Part shown: piece by piece, positions 37,242 to 45,913 of the stretch
Layout of the letters: each line of letters opens with the position of its first letter
Position numbering within the stretch: the first letter of the stretch is position 1
Source of the DNA: a bacterium
Lineage (GTDB): Bacteria; Patescibacteriota; Minisyncoccia; 2-01-FULL-47-10; JBBIMT01
Assembly (NCBI GenBank): GCA_037444265.1
Contig: JBBIMT010000001.1
Coordinates: 1-50,873, forward strand
Direction: 5' to 3'
DNA: 50,873 nt
The notes under the pieces: model-generated
What the model saw: only the letters and a program-made list of their open reading frames with translations
Database searches by the model: none
Told to the model about the DNA's origin: nothing
Position numbers and translations under genes: made by a program

Positions 37242-38099
37242 TTAACATTTCAATATATCTATGATTTCTTTTAAACTTAAACTGGATAACTTCGTGCCTT
37301 CAGGAGCAATATCGCCACCACATAAAAGCATTTTCTTTGAATGATGTAAAAACCAATCAGCGTTTTTATCTATCTGTTGGAGTTTTTTGTAAATTTCAGT
37401 TAAATCTACATTACTATCGGCTCGCGCTAAAATAGCAATGTAATTTTTAAACGGATTTTTAATCGCCACTAAAACATATCCTTTTGAGTAGGCTAAATTA
37501 TCAACGCCCTTATATCGAGTTTCTAAAGCTGACGCCCTACCCCATTTAGTTTCAAAATCAACTCTTGAATTCTCCCAATCAAGCCTTAATCTTTCTTTGA
37601 TAATTAAACTTATAAAAAGTATATCTAAAATTTCAATGCCCCATAAAACAAGTTTTTCATTATCATTACAGCAGTAATTTCTCGCGCCTTGAAAAATGCC
37701 ACTTAAGGAAAAATCACGAATATCAGAATCTAACATTGAAAGCTGTCCAGTATCTTCTAAAACAACATATCGTACAAGACGATGAACTGCTGCCAGTTGA
37801 TCCGAGTTTCGGGGAGGGTTGCCTTCTTTAATAATAAAGTCCCAAACCAAGGAGGCCGATGAATGAGATTTATCGCCATATTTACCACTATGTTCATCAA
37901 ATTTCCCCTTTCCTACACCTATATGGATAATTTGCGGATTAGAATCAACAGGTTTATCATCTAAAGTATTTCCTCCGGCAGAAATGAATTTTAAGTCAAA
38001 TTCCTTGAAATCTGGATGAAATTTTTTTAAAAGCCAAATAGCGCAAATTTCATCTAAATGAGGTTTTCTATGAGTTACAATTATAGGTCTTGTCATCAT
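37242..38099 (-). CDS. MYG1/UPF0160-like metal-dependent hydrolase (tentative)
   Basis: N-terminal THRKPHLDEICAIWLL (compare H-x-x-FH-x-DE-x-x-A), IHIGVGKGKFDEHS, and C-terminal WFLHHSKKMLLCGG. Confidence 0.35.
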   Translation of the reverse strand: MMTRPIIVTHRKPHLDEICAIWLLKKFHPDFKEFDLKFISAGGNTLDDKPVDSNPQIIHIGVGKGKFDEHSGKYGDKSHSSASLVWDFIIKEGNPPRNSDQLAAVHRLVRYVVLEDTGQLSMLDSDIRDFSLSGIFQGARNYCCNDNEKLVLWGIEILDILFISLIIKERLRLDWENSRVDFETKWGRASALETRYKGVDNLAYSKGYVLVAIKNPFKNYIAILARADSNVDLTEIYKKLQQIDKNADWFLHHSKKMLLCGGDIAPEGTKLSSLSLKEIIDILKC

Positions 38100-38235
38100 A
38101 TTTTGATTGTAGCAATGAAAACTACGCTCCGCAAGTTTCGTAAATTTTTAAATTTTTTAAAAAAATTGTTTTGTTTAATATTTTTATTAAATTTTTTTTT
38201 TATCATAAAATGTGAAGTCTTTAGCTATAAAAAGA

Positions 38236-38263
38236 TTGTTTTATTTAATAAATTAGTTATAAT
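38236..38263 (+). promoter_or_regulatory. Candidate promoter TTGTTT-16-TATAAT for the dtd-trpS-rpsF-ssb-rpsR block
   Basis: TTGTTT at 38236-38241, 16-nt spacer, TATAAT at 38258-38263, 22 nt before the dtd ATG. Confidence 0.4.
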
Positions 38264-38284
38264 AATGATTAAAAGTTAATAGAA

Positions 38285-38722
38285 ATGAAGGCTATTATCC
38301 AAAAAGTTAAACAATCATCAGTTAAAATAAACGGAAAAATTGTTGCTCAAATTGAACAGGGTTTAAACATTTTACTTGGAGTTGGTATTAAAGACACAGA
38401 AGAAAACGCTATAAATTTAGCTGATAAAATTTTAAAATTGAGAATTTTTGAAGATAAATCTGGTAAAATGAATTTATCAGTTTTGGACATAAAAGGCGCA
38501 ATATTAGTTATATCACAGTTTACTTTATACGCAGATACTTCAAAAGGAAATCGTCCAAGTTTTAAAAATGTTGCTCCTCCTGAAACGGCTAAAAAAATTT
38601 ATGAGCTGTTTATTGAAAGATTAAAATTATCCGGGTTAAATATTGCACATGGTTACTTTGGAGCTAAAATGGAAGTAAAAATAATCAACGTCGGACCAGT
38701 ATCTATCATTATGGAAAATTAA
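38285..38722 (+). CDS. dtd: D-aminoacyl-tRNA deacylase
   Basis: MKAIIQKVKQSSV...ILVISQFTLYADTSKGNRPSF...GAKMEVKIINVGPV. Confidence 0.93.
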   Translation: MKAIIQKVKQSSVKINGKIVAQIEQGLNILLGVGIKDTEENAINLADKILKLRIFEDKSGKMNLSVLDIKGAILVISQFTLYADTSKGNRPSFKNVAPPETAKKIYELFIERLKLSGLNIAHGYFGAKMEVKIINVGPVSIIMEN

Positions 38723-38740
38723 AATTTACAAACAGGATTT

Positions 38741-39754
38741 ATGAATAATAAATTTAACAATAAAGTAGTTGTTTCTGGAATTCAGCCAAGTGGTATAATC
38801 CATATAGGAAATTATTTGGGAGCTTTTAAAAACTTTTTAAAATTACAAAATGATTATAAATGTTTCTTTTTTATCGCAGATTTGCACTCTTTAACAGTAC
38901 CTCAAGATAGAAAGAAATTAAATAGTTGGATTTTGGAATTAATGGCTACTTTTTTAGCCCTTGGACTTAATCCTAAAAAGTCAGTTTTGTTTGTTCAATC
39001 TTTTGTTCCTGCCCATACCGAGCTTTCATGGATTTTATCAACTCTCACTCCTCTTTCTTTTTTAAAAAAAATGCATCAATTTAAAGAAAAAGCCAAAAAA
39101 CAAGGCAAAGATGTTAATGCTGGACTTTTCACTTATCCAATACTGCAATCAGCTGATGTTTTGCTTTATGATGCTGATTTTGTTCCTGTAGGGCAAGATC
39201 AAATTCAACATATCGAATTAATTAGAGATTTGGCTAAAAAATTTAACGAAAAATATGACAATACTTTTAAAATTCCTCAACCGCTCATTAATAAAAACAC
39301 CGCTAAAATTATGTCTTTAAAAGATCCAACAAAAAAAATGTCCAAAAGCGATCAAGAAAAAACTTACATTGGTATTTTCGAAAGCCCAGATGTTATTAAA
39401 GAAAAAATTATTAAAGCTACCACAGATTCAGGAACAGAAATTTTTTTCGATCCTATCAAAAAGCCAGCCATCTCTAATCTTCTTCTAATAGCTTCTGGAA
39501 TTTTAGATACAGATATGAATACGACAGTAAAAATTATGCAAGCGCCTAATTATATGAAATTTAAAGAAAAATTAGCTCAATTAATTATAGATTATTTCGC
39601 AAAAATCAAAATCAAAAAAGAAAAATTGCTCATTGATGAAAAGGAGTTAAAAAAGATATTTATAAAAGGTGCTGCTAAAGCTCAAGAAATATCAATGAAA
39701 AAAATAATCGAGATAAAAAAGAAAATAGGACTTTTAGTAAAAGATGAGGGTTGA
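38741..39754 (+). CDS. trpS: Tryptophan--tRNA ligase
   Basis: SGIQPSGIIHIGNYLGA (HIGH-type), GQDQIQHIEL, and KMSKS (KKMSKSD). Confidence 0.93.
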   Translation: MNNKFNNKVVVSGIQPSGIIHIGNYLGAFKNFLKLQNDYKCFFFIADLHSLTVPQDRKKLNSWILELMATFLALGLNPKKSVLFVQSFVPAHTELSWILSTLTPLSFLKKMHQFKEKAKKQGKDVNAGLFTYPILQSADVLLYDADFVPVGQDQIQHIELIRDLAKKFNEKYDNTFKIPQPLINKNTAKIMSLKDPTKKMSKSDQEKTYIGIFESPDVIKEKIIKATTDSGTEIFFDPIKKPAISNLLLIASGILDTDMNTTVKIMQAPNYMKFKEKLAQLIIDYFAKIKIKKEKLLIDEKELKKIFIKGAAKAQEISMKKIIEIKKKIGLLVKDEG

Positions 39755-39790
39755 TTTTTGAAAATTTCTTTGTTATACTCATTTAACTTT

Positions 39791-40405
39791 ATGAAAAAAG
39801 TTTCCACTCCCAAAATTAACCAAACAACATCTTCTTTATTAAATAAAGAGGTGATATATGAATTATCCGTTATTATCAGGCCTGACTTAAACAATGAAGC
39901 GGCAGAGCAAAAAACGCGCGCTTTGGCTTCTTATATTACCCAGATAAACGGAGAAATAAAAAAAGAAGATATTCTACGAGAAATCATACTTGCTTATCCA
40001 ATTAGAAAATTCCGCAGAGGTTTTCTTTGGAGTTGTTATTTTATCTTAAAAGATCCTAACAATCTAAAAAAGCTTACCTTTGATTTAAATATTGACTCTT
40101 CTATCTTAAGGCATATTATTATTAAAAGATTGGAGGTTCCAAAAACCCAATCTGAATTATTACTTGAACAACAAACTGTTAAATTAATGAATAATGTTGT
40201 TTCAAATTCAAGTGACGCTTCTTTGGGCATTGAACAATCCACAAAAATATCTCAAAGTACCCAAAAAGAAAAAAAATTATCAAAAGCAATACCACAAAAA
40301 GACAAAAAAACTACTCAACCACCCAAGGATACAACTGAAGCAAAATTAAAATTAGATGATATTGATAAAAAAATAGACGAAATTTTGAGTAAAGAAATAG
40401 AATAA
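39791..40405 (+). CDS. rpsF: 30S ribosomal protein S6 with a ~90-aa K/Q/T-rich C-terminal extension
   Basis: YELSVIIRPDL...LAYPIRKFRRGF...LRHIIIK, in rpsF-ssb-rpsR synteny. I prefer the ATG at 39791 over the track's TTG at 39758. Confidence 0.85.
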   Translation: MKKVSTPKINQTTSSLLNKEVIYELSVIIRPDLNNEAAEQKTRALASYITQINGEIKKEDILREIILAYPIRKFRRGFLWSCYFILKDPNNLKKLTFDLNIDSSILRHIIIKRLEVPKTQSELLLEQQTVKLMNNVVSNSSDASLGIEQSTKISQSTQKEKKLSKAIPQKDKKTTQPPKDTTEAKLKLDDIDKKIDEILSKEIE

Positions 40406-40465
40406 AAAAACAAAATTGAAAAATTACAAATTACACTTTTAATAACAATTCTAACAACCAATTTT

Positions 40466-40945
40466 ATGAATTTTAATAAAGTTTTTTTACTTGGTAATTT
40501 AGCGACTGATGTGGAAGTTAGAACTTTGCCTTCAGGTCAACCAGTTGCCTCTTTTCGCGTAGCGACTAATCGTATTTTTAAAGATGCGCAAGGCAATTTA
40601 AAAAAAGAAGCGCAATTTCATAATGTTGTCGCCTTTGCGCGTCTTGCTGACATTGCATCAAAATATCTTTCTAAAGGTAATATAGTTTTTATTGAAGGAA
40701 GACTAAATCATAGAAGTTACCAAGATCAAAATGCGACAAAGAAATATTGGACCGAAATTATTGCTGAAAACTTACAGCTTCCTCCTAAAAAATGGACAAC
40801 TGAAACTTCGGCCGAAATGGATCAATCTAATGAAACAGAAAAAGAGGTTCCCATAATTCCAGAAGAAGATCCTTTTGATGAAGAAATAGACCAATCAACA
40901 AAAAAATCAAATACAATAAATATTGAAGAAGATTTACCTTTCTAA
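40466..40945 (+). CDS. ssb: Single-stranded DNA-binding protein
   Basis: OB fold MNFNKVFLLGNLATDVEVRTLPSGQPVASFRVATN and the acidic tip EEDLPF. Confidence 0.93.
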   Translation: MNFNKVFLLGNLATDVEVRTLPSGQPVASFRVATNRIFKDAQGNLKKEAQFHNVVAFARLADIASKYLSKGNIVFIEGRLNHRSYQDQNATKKYWTEIIAENLQLPPKKWTTETSAEMDQSNETEKEVPIIPEEDPFDEEIDQSTKKSNTINIEEDLPF

Positions 40946-41008
40946 TTCGATAATTTTTTTAAGAAACAAAACATTTTTTTAAAAGATATATTAAAAAATC
41001 TATCCAAT

Positions 41009-41227
41009 ATGCCAAAAGAATGTTTAATTTGTAAAATGCAACCTATCAAGGAAATTGACTGGAAAGATATCGCTTTACTAAAAAAATTTCTTACACCTCA
41101 AGCAAAAATTGCTCCAAGAAAAAGAACTGGTACCTGCGCCAAACATCAACGAGCTATAGCCAGAGCCATAAAAAGAGCCCGCAACTTCGGTCTAATCTTG
41201 TTTACAACTAGAGTGGCTCATAAATAA
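41009..41227 (+). CDS. rpsR: 30S ribosomal protein S18
   Basis: IDWKDIALLKKFLTPQAKIAPRKRTGTCAKHQRAIARAIKRARNFGLI. Confidence 0.93.
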   Translation: MPKECLICKMQPIKEIDWKDIALLKKFLTPQAKIAPRKRTGTCAKHQRAIARAIKRARNFGLILFTTRVAHK

Positions 41228-41252
41228 TCCTCTTTTTTAAACAGGAGGATTA
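41225..41252. terminator. Hairpin between the convergent rpsR and recA genes (weak, no strong U-tract)
   Basis: TAATCCTC (41225-41232) pairs with GAGGATTA (41245-41252). Confidence 0.3.
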
Positions 41253-41276
41253 TCATACTAAAGTAATTTTTTTAAA

Positions 41277-42299
41277 TTATTTTTCTGCGTGGAAAACTGT
41301 TTTTTTTATCTTTTCAGTGATTTCATTTAATAGCTTATTATCTTGAATCAAATACTTACACGCGGCATCAAAAGATGTCCCCAAAACTTTTTCTTCAAAC
41401 TTATAGGTATTGCCTGACCGCGTTATAACCCCCACCTTTTCTCCGAACTTTATCACATCTCCCTCTTTATTAATACCTTGATTAAATAAAATGTCAAACT
41501 CCGCTTCCTTAAAGGGTGGCGCTACTTTGTTTTTTACGATTTTTGCTTTAACACGATTGCCAATAATTTTGTCGCCTTTTTGAATTTTAGCAATGCGATC
41601 TAAACTAATTCTTACCGAAGCAAAGAATTTTAATGCCATTCCTCCAGGTGTTGTAGTCGGATTGCCAAACATTACTCCAATTTTCATTCTGGTTTGATTA
41701 ATAAAAATAATAGTCGTACTATTTTGAGATGCTAAAGCAGTTAATTTTCTTAAGGCTTTAGACATAAGACGCGCCTGTAGTCCCATCTGTTGCTCATCCA
41801 TCCTTGCTTCAAGTTCTGCTTGCGGAGTTAAAGCCGCAACTGAATCAACAACAATCAAATCAACAGCCCCTGACTTTACTAAAGTCTCTGCAATATCAAG
41901 CGCCTCTTCTCCAGAATCTGGTTGGGAAATTAATAAATCTTCTGTGTTAACACCAATTTTCTTGGCGTATTCAGGATCAAGTGCATGTTCGGCATCAATA
42001 TAAGCAGCAATATGGCCCTTTTTTTGAACATTAGCCACTAAATGAAGGGCCATTGTCGTTTTGCCCGAAGATTCGCCCCCATAAATTTCTATTATTCTCC
42101 CTTTAGGAATACCACCAACTCCCAAGGCTAAATCAAGAGATATTGAGCCAGTAGGTATAACATCGACATCTACATGACGCGCTTCCCCTAACTTCATAAT
42201 AGAACCTTCACCATATTTATCTAAAATTTCTTTTATTGCTGAACCAATTTTACCTTCAGACAATGTATTTTCTTTTGTTTTTTTAAAAGACTTTGCCAT
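41277..42299 (-). CDS. recA: Recombinase A
   Basis: Walker A GGESSGKTT, IAAYIDAEHALD, and LIVVDSVAAL. Confidence 0.96.
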   Translation of the reverse strand: MAKSFKKTKENTLSEGKIGSAIKEILDKYGEGSIMKLGEARHVDVDVIPTGSISLDLALGVGGIPKGRIIEIYGGESSGKTTMALHLVANVQKKGHIAAYIDAEHALDPEYAKKIGVNTEDLLISQPDSGEEALDIAETLVKSGAVDLIVVDSVAALTPQAELEARMDEQQMGLQARLMSKALRKLTALASQNSTTIIFINQTRMKIGVMFGNPTTTPGGMALKFFASVRISLDRIAKIQKGDKIIGNRVKAKIVKNKVAPPFKEAEFDILFNQGINKEGDVIKFGEKVGVITRSGNTYKFEEKVLGTSFDAACKYLIQDNKLLNEITEKIKKTVFHAEK

Positions 42300-42484
42300 T
42301 TTTAAAAAAACTATATAAGCCCTTAAAAAAGACTTACAAAGTTTTTATCAATTAAATATAAAGGAACTATCATAAATGAAATTTTTAAAAAATCAATATA
42401 TTTTAACTTCAGTAAAATTTTCTTTTATATATCAAATATTCAAAATAATTTTATAAAATAAACCAAAAAATCGATTTCCACTGA

Positions 42485-42557
42485 TGCGCCCGGCAGGAGT
42501 CGAACCTGCAACCTTGAAGTTAAGAGCTTCCTGCTCTACCAATTGAGCTACGGGCGC
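42485..42557 (-). tRNA. tRNA-Lys (anticodon CTT), no encoded CCA
   Basis: The reverse complement is GCGCCCGTAGCTCAATTGGTAGAGCAGGAAGCTCTTAACTTCAAGGTTGCAGGTTCGACTCCTGCCGGGCGCA. The anticodon loop is CTCTTAA. Confidence 0.9.
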
Positions 42558-42656
42558 ATTTCAATATATAAAATAATAATTAAAAGATTTCTTTAAATGA
42601 TAAAAATTTTTCTTTAAAAAGCAATTTAACTTGAAAAATTAAAAAAATAAAATCTG

Positions 42657-42729
42657 TGCCTCTGCCAGGATTTGAACCTGGAATACGACGTCCGAAGCGT
42701 CGCGTGATATCCAATTTCACCACAGAGGC
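42657..42729 (-). tRNA. tRNA-Arg (anticodon TCG), no encoded CCA
   Basis: The reverse complement is GCCTCTGTGGTGAAATTGGATATCACGCGACGCTTCGGACGTCGTATTCCAGGTTCAAATCCTGGCAGAGGCA. The anticodon arm is CGACG-CTTCGGA-CGTCG. Confidence 0.9.
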
Positions 42730-42926
42730 ACATTTTTGCGCCAAAAAATTAAAAAATTTTAAATGACAATTTCTCACTCGTTTTACTTTGTATAAAAAAA
42801 ACATAAATTCAAAATATTAACAACCAAAAACTTAACTTAATATTTCAAATTTAATTTACTAAAAATTTAAACCCATAAACCTTGAATTCTCACAAAATTT
42901 AAATGTTTATAACTGATTTTTTATTA

Positions 42927-43892
42927 TCATTTTATAATTTTTTGGTTTTTGTTTTGGTCTTTTCTTTGTAAACTTTTGCCGTGATATTTTTGATAAATTT
43001 CTTTTAGTCTTGGATCGGTAATATGAGTATAAACTTGCGTTGTGGTAATACTTGAATGACCGAGCAGTTCTTGTACTGATCGAATATCAGCTCCAGAAGC
43101 TAACATTTCAGTCGCAAAAGAATGACGCAAAGTATGTGGGGAAACATCTTTACCAACTATTCCTGCTCTAGCAGCGTATTTTTTTATAATTCTCTGGATG
43201 GATCTAACAGTAATTCGCAAATCTGACTTGTCTGACGATAATTTTTTAGGTACTCTTATAAATAAAGCTTCACTTATATCAACTCTTTTATCTAAATAAT
43301 TCTTAATTGCCATTTTAGCTGAATCAGACAAAAAAACAATTCTTAACTTTCCTCCTTTTCCTTTTACTGTAAACTCTCCTTTTTCCAAATTAATTTGCTC
43401 TCGATTTAAATTTACAAGTTCAGAAACGCGCAATCCAGTACTAAATAAAGTTTCCAAAATTGCTTTATCGCGCAGATTTCTTAAACTATTGCCTTTGGGC
43501 GCATCTAACAACCTTTTAATTTCATCAGGATCTAAAAAAGAAACTTGCCTTTTCTCTTGTTTGCTGAGTTCTATTTTTTCGGGCGATAAAACTTTATAAC
43601 CCCTTTTTGCCAAAAAAGACAAAAATCCTCTTAAGGCGATAATGTGATAATTTTGAGTAATCTTTTTAAGTGGCTCACCTTTTTGATCAACTTGCCTGTT
43701 TAACCATAAACGATATTTTAAAATTAAATCTTCAGTGATTTCATTGATGTTTGAGACCTTTGACCAGTTAAGAAATTTTTTAATGTATCTTTCGTAATTT
43801 TTAATTGTCAAAATCGCCCTATTTTTTTCAATTTCTAAATATGTCAAATAATCAAATAAAAGCTTTTTGATGTTATTTGAAATCTCTCCCAT
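42927..43892 (-). CDS. Tyrosine recombinase, XerC/XerD-like
   Basis: N-terminal SAM-like core-binding domain (YLEIEKNRAILTIKNYERYIKKF) and a catalytic domain with GLRVSEL, HTLRHSFATEML and LLGHSSITTTQVYTH. Confidence 0.88.
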   Translation of the reverse strand: MGEISNNIKKLLFDYLTYLEIEKNRAILTIKNYERYIKKFLNWSKVSNINEITEDLILKYRLWLNRQVDQKGEPLKKITQNYHIIALRGFLSFLAKRGYKVLSPEKIELSKQEKRQVSFLDPDEIKRLLDAPKGNSLRNLRDKAILETLFSTGLRVSELVNLNREQINLEKGEFTVKGKGGKLRIVFLSDSAKMAIKNYLDKRVDISEALFIRVPKKLSSDKSDLRITVRSIQRIIKKYAARAGIVGKDVSPHTLRHSFATEMLASGADIRSVQELLGHSSITTTQVYTHITDPRLKEIYQKYHGKSLQRKDQNKNQKIIK

Positions 43893-43906
43893 ACCTTAAT
43901 CTTAAT

Positions 43907-43932
43907 ATTATAAGACATATATGTCAAATTAT
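43907..43932. other. 26-bp dif-like/operator-like inverted repeat ATTATAAGAC-ATATAT-GTCAAATTAT immediately upstream of the Xer gene
   Basis: The core is a perfect 12-bp palindrome GACATATATGTC (43914-43925). The arms match 7/10 around a 6-bp AT spacer. Confidence 0.25.
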
Positions 43933-44519
43933 TCACTCATTTTTAAAAGCTAAAAATAAATTTAAAAAGTCAGTCTAAAATTTTAAAAAAATTCAAAAAA
44001 ACGATATTGCTTTTTTTATTTTTTTATTGATTGGTTAAATTAGGTAAAATCATACCTAAAATTCTTTTTAAAAAATAGTTTTTATTAAACTTTGAGGATT
44101 TTTTTATATTTTAATATCTTAGGGACTTTTGTTAATATTTTACGCCAATGAAAAAGTCAAAGAAAAAACTTTTTAAATCTTTTTTCTTTAAACTAAATTA
44201 TTTTCTTTCAGTTTGCCAAAGCAATAAAAGTCAGTTCTTAACTTTTATGATGCTTTTTACTCATGCAGAATTATTTAAATAAAAAAATGTTAAACGCCAA
44301 TAAATTTTATCAATTTTTAAATTCACATCATTTTATAACCGCATACAACAACAGATACTACTGCCAAGATAACCTTTTTTTAAAATTATAGAACTTTAAA
44401 AAATACAAATAGATATTTAGATATTTATTAACTTTATTGTTTTTAAATAAACGACAAAACTTACCTTTTAACAAAGTAGTTCAAATTTGCAAAAAATGTC
44501 GATGAATTTATAGATTTAT

Positions 44520-44548
44520 TTGACTTTTAGAAAAAAGTAGTTTAAAAT
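44520..44548 (+). promoter_or_regulatory. Candidate promoter TTGACT-17-TAAAAT for the S1-domain gene
   Basis: TTGACT at 44520-44525, 17-nt spacer, TAAAAT at 44543-44548. RBS AAAGAGGTG at 44569-44577. Confidence 0.5.
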
Positions 44549-44586
44549 GACGAGAAAACAAAAAATGAAAGAGGTGAATAAGATTG

Positions 44587-45888
44587 ATGCCTAAAAAACA
44601 AGCTACTCTTAAATCTGGAGAGGTTGCTATCATTTCGCCTTTGCACGAAGGACAAGAAATTGAAGGCAAAGTAATTGAAAAAGGCCAGAGTGTGATTTAT
44701 TTAGATCTCAGTCCATGGGGCACAGGTGTTATTTATAAAGGCGAAATGAAGAGCCTAGCCCAAGATGTAAAAAAAATTAAAGTAAACGATATAATTAAAG
44801 CAAAAGTCATCGCTTTAGAAAACGAAGATGGCTTTATTGAGCTTTCTTTAAAAGAAATTAAAAATCAAAAAGCCTGGGAAGCCTTGAAGGAAAAATTTAA
44901 AAATAAAGAAGAAATCACTGCACTTGTAATTGCTGCTAACAAAGGCGGATTAATGTTAGAGGTGGAAGGAATAAAAGGATTTTTGCCGGCTTCTCAACTT
45001 TCCATTGAACACTATCCTCGCGTTGAAGATGGACAAGAAGATAAAATAATGCGAAAATTACAGAAACTTGTTGGAGAAACATTAAATGTACGCATCATCG
45101 ATATAGATGAAAGTCAACAAAAACTTATCTTATCAGAAAAAGCTGCTCAAGAAGAAGAGTTAAAAAACATTTTATCTCATTACAAGGTGGGCGATATTGT
45201 AGAAGGAGAAATTACTGGAGTAGTTTCGTTTGGCGCCTTTGTGAAATTTGGAGAAGGTTTAGAAGGACTTGTGCATATTTCCGAGTTAGGATGGAAACTA
45301 ATTGATCAACCAAAGGATATCGTAAAAGTTGGAGATAAAGTAAAAGCTAAAATTATTGATATATCAGGCACCCAAGTTTCTTTATCTATCAAAGCGTTAC
45401 AGGAAAATCCATGGTTAAAAGCCACTGAAAAGTATAAAATTGGTGAAAATTATAAAGGAGTCGTGACAAAGCTTAATCCTTTTGGCGCTTTTGTGTATTT
45501 AGATAAAGATATTCATGGACTAGCTCATATCTCGCAATTTGGTTCACAAGAAAAAATGGAAAAAATGTTAAAAATTGGGCAGGAATATCTTTTTAAAATC
45601 ACTTCATTGAAGCCCGAATCGCATCGAATGAGTTTGAAATTAATTCTTAACAATGAAGCAAATCCTTCAAACACTGAAAAAGCAGTACCTTCTACTAAAG
45701 TCAAATCAGCAGAAAAATCAAAAACTGAACCACCAAAACCTTCGATTCCTCAAAACTCTTCTACTCAATCAACAGAAACTCAGGTCTTGCTAAAATCTGA
45801 CTTATCAAATGTACCACAACAGATAAATACCAAAAAATCACCAGAAAAAACTATTGAAACTAAAGTTATTAACAAAAGTAAAAATTAA
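44587..45888 (+). CDS. rpsA: 30S ribosomal protein S1-like protein (four S1 domains plus low-complexity tail)
   Basis: Repeated S1 motifs (e.g. GDIVEGEITGVVSFGAFVKFGEGLEGLVHISEL and YKGVVTKLNPFGAFVYLDKDIHGLAHISQF). I prefer the ATG at 44587 over the TTG at 44584. Confidence 0.85.
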   Translation: MPKKQATLKSGEVAIISPLHEGQEIEGKVIEKGQSVIYLDLSPWGTGVIYKGEMKSLAQDVKKIKVNDIIKAKVIALENEDGFIELSLKEIKNQKAWEALKEKFKNKEEITALVIAANKGGLMLEVEGIKGFLPASQLSIEHYPRVEDGQEDKIMRKLQKLVGETLNVRIIDIDESQQKLILSEKAAQEEELKNILSHYKVGDIVEGEITGVVSFGAFVKFGEGLEGLVHISELGWKLIDQPKDIVKVGDKVKAKIIDISGTQVSLSIKALQENPWLKATEKYKIGENYKGVVTKLNPFGAFVYLDKDIHGLAHISQFGSQEKMEKMLKIGQEYLFKITSLKPESHRMSLKLILNNEANPSNTEKAVPSTKVKSAEKSKTEPPKPSIPQNSSTQSTETQVLLKSDLSNVPQQINTKKSPEKTIETKVINKSKN

Positions 45889-45913
45889 TTTTATTTCAAG
45901 AAAATTTTAAAAG

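Noticed and set aside
38058-38279. 73-aa plus-strand ORF in the divergent MYG1-like/dtd intergenic region
   Set aside because: It overlaps the 5' end of the minus-strand gene and an AT-rich promoter region. Its sequence is low-complexity K/F/L-rich, and there is no RBS.
42580-42804. 74-aa minus-strand ORF
   Set aside because: It spans the tRNA-Arg(TCG) gene (42657-42729). The reading frame is an artefact of the tRNA sequence plus AT-rich flanks.
42485-43892. Integrase next to two tRNA genes as a marker of an integrated genomic island
   Set aside because: The recombinase has the XerC/XerD-type N-terminal core-binding domain and catalytic motifs. It is flanked by recA and core genes. I could not see a repeat of either tRNA 3' end nearby. 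A housekeeping dimer-resolution role is more likely.
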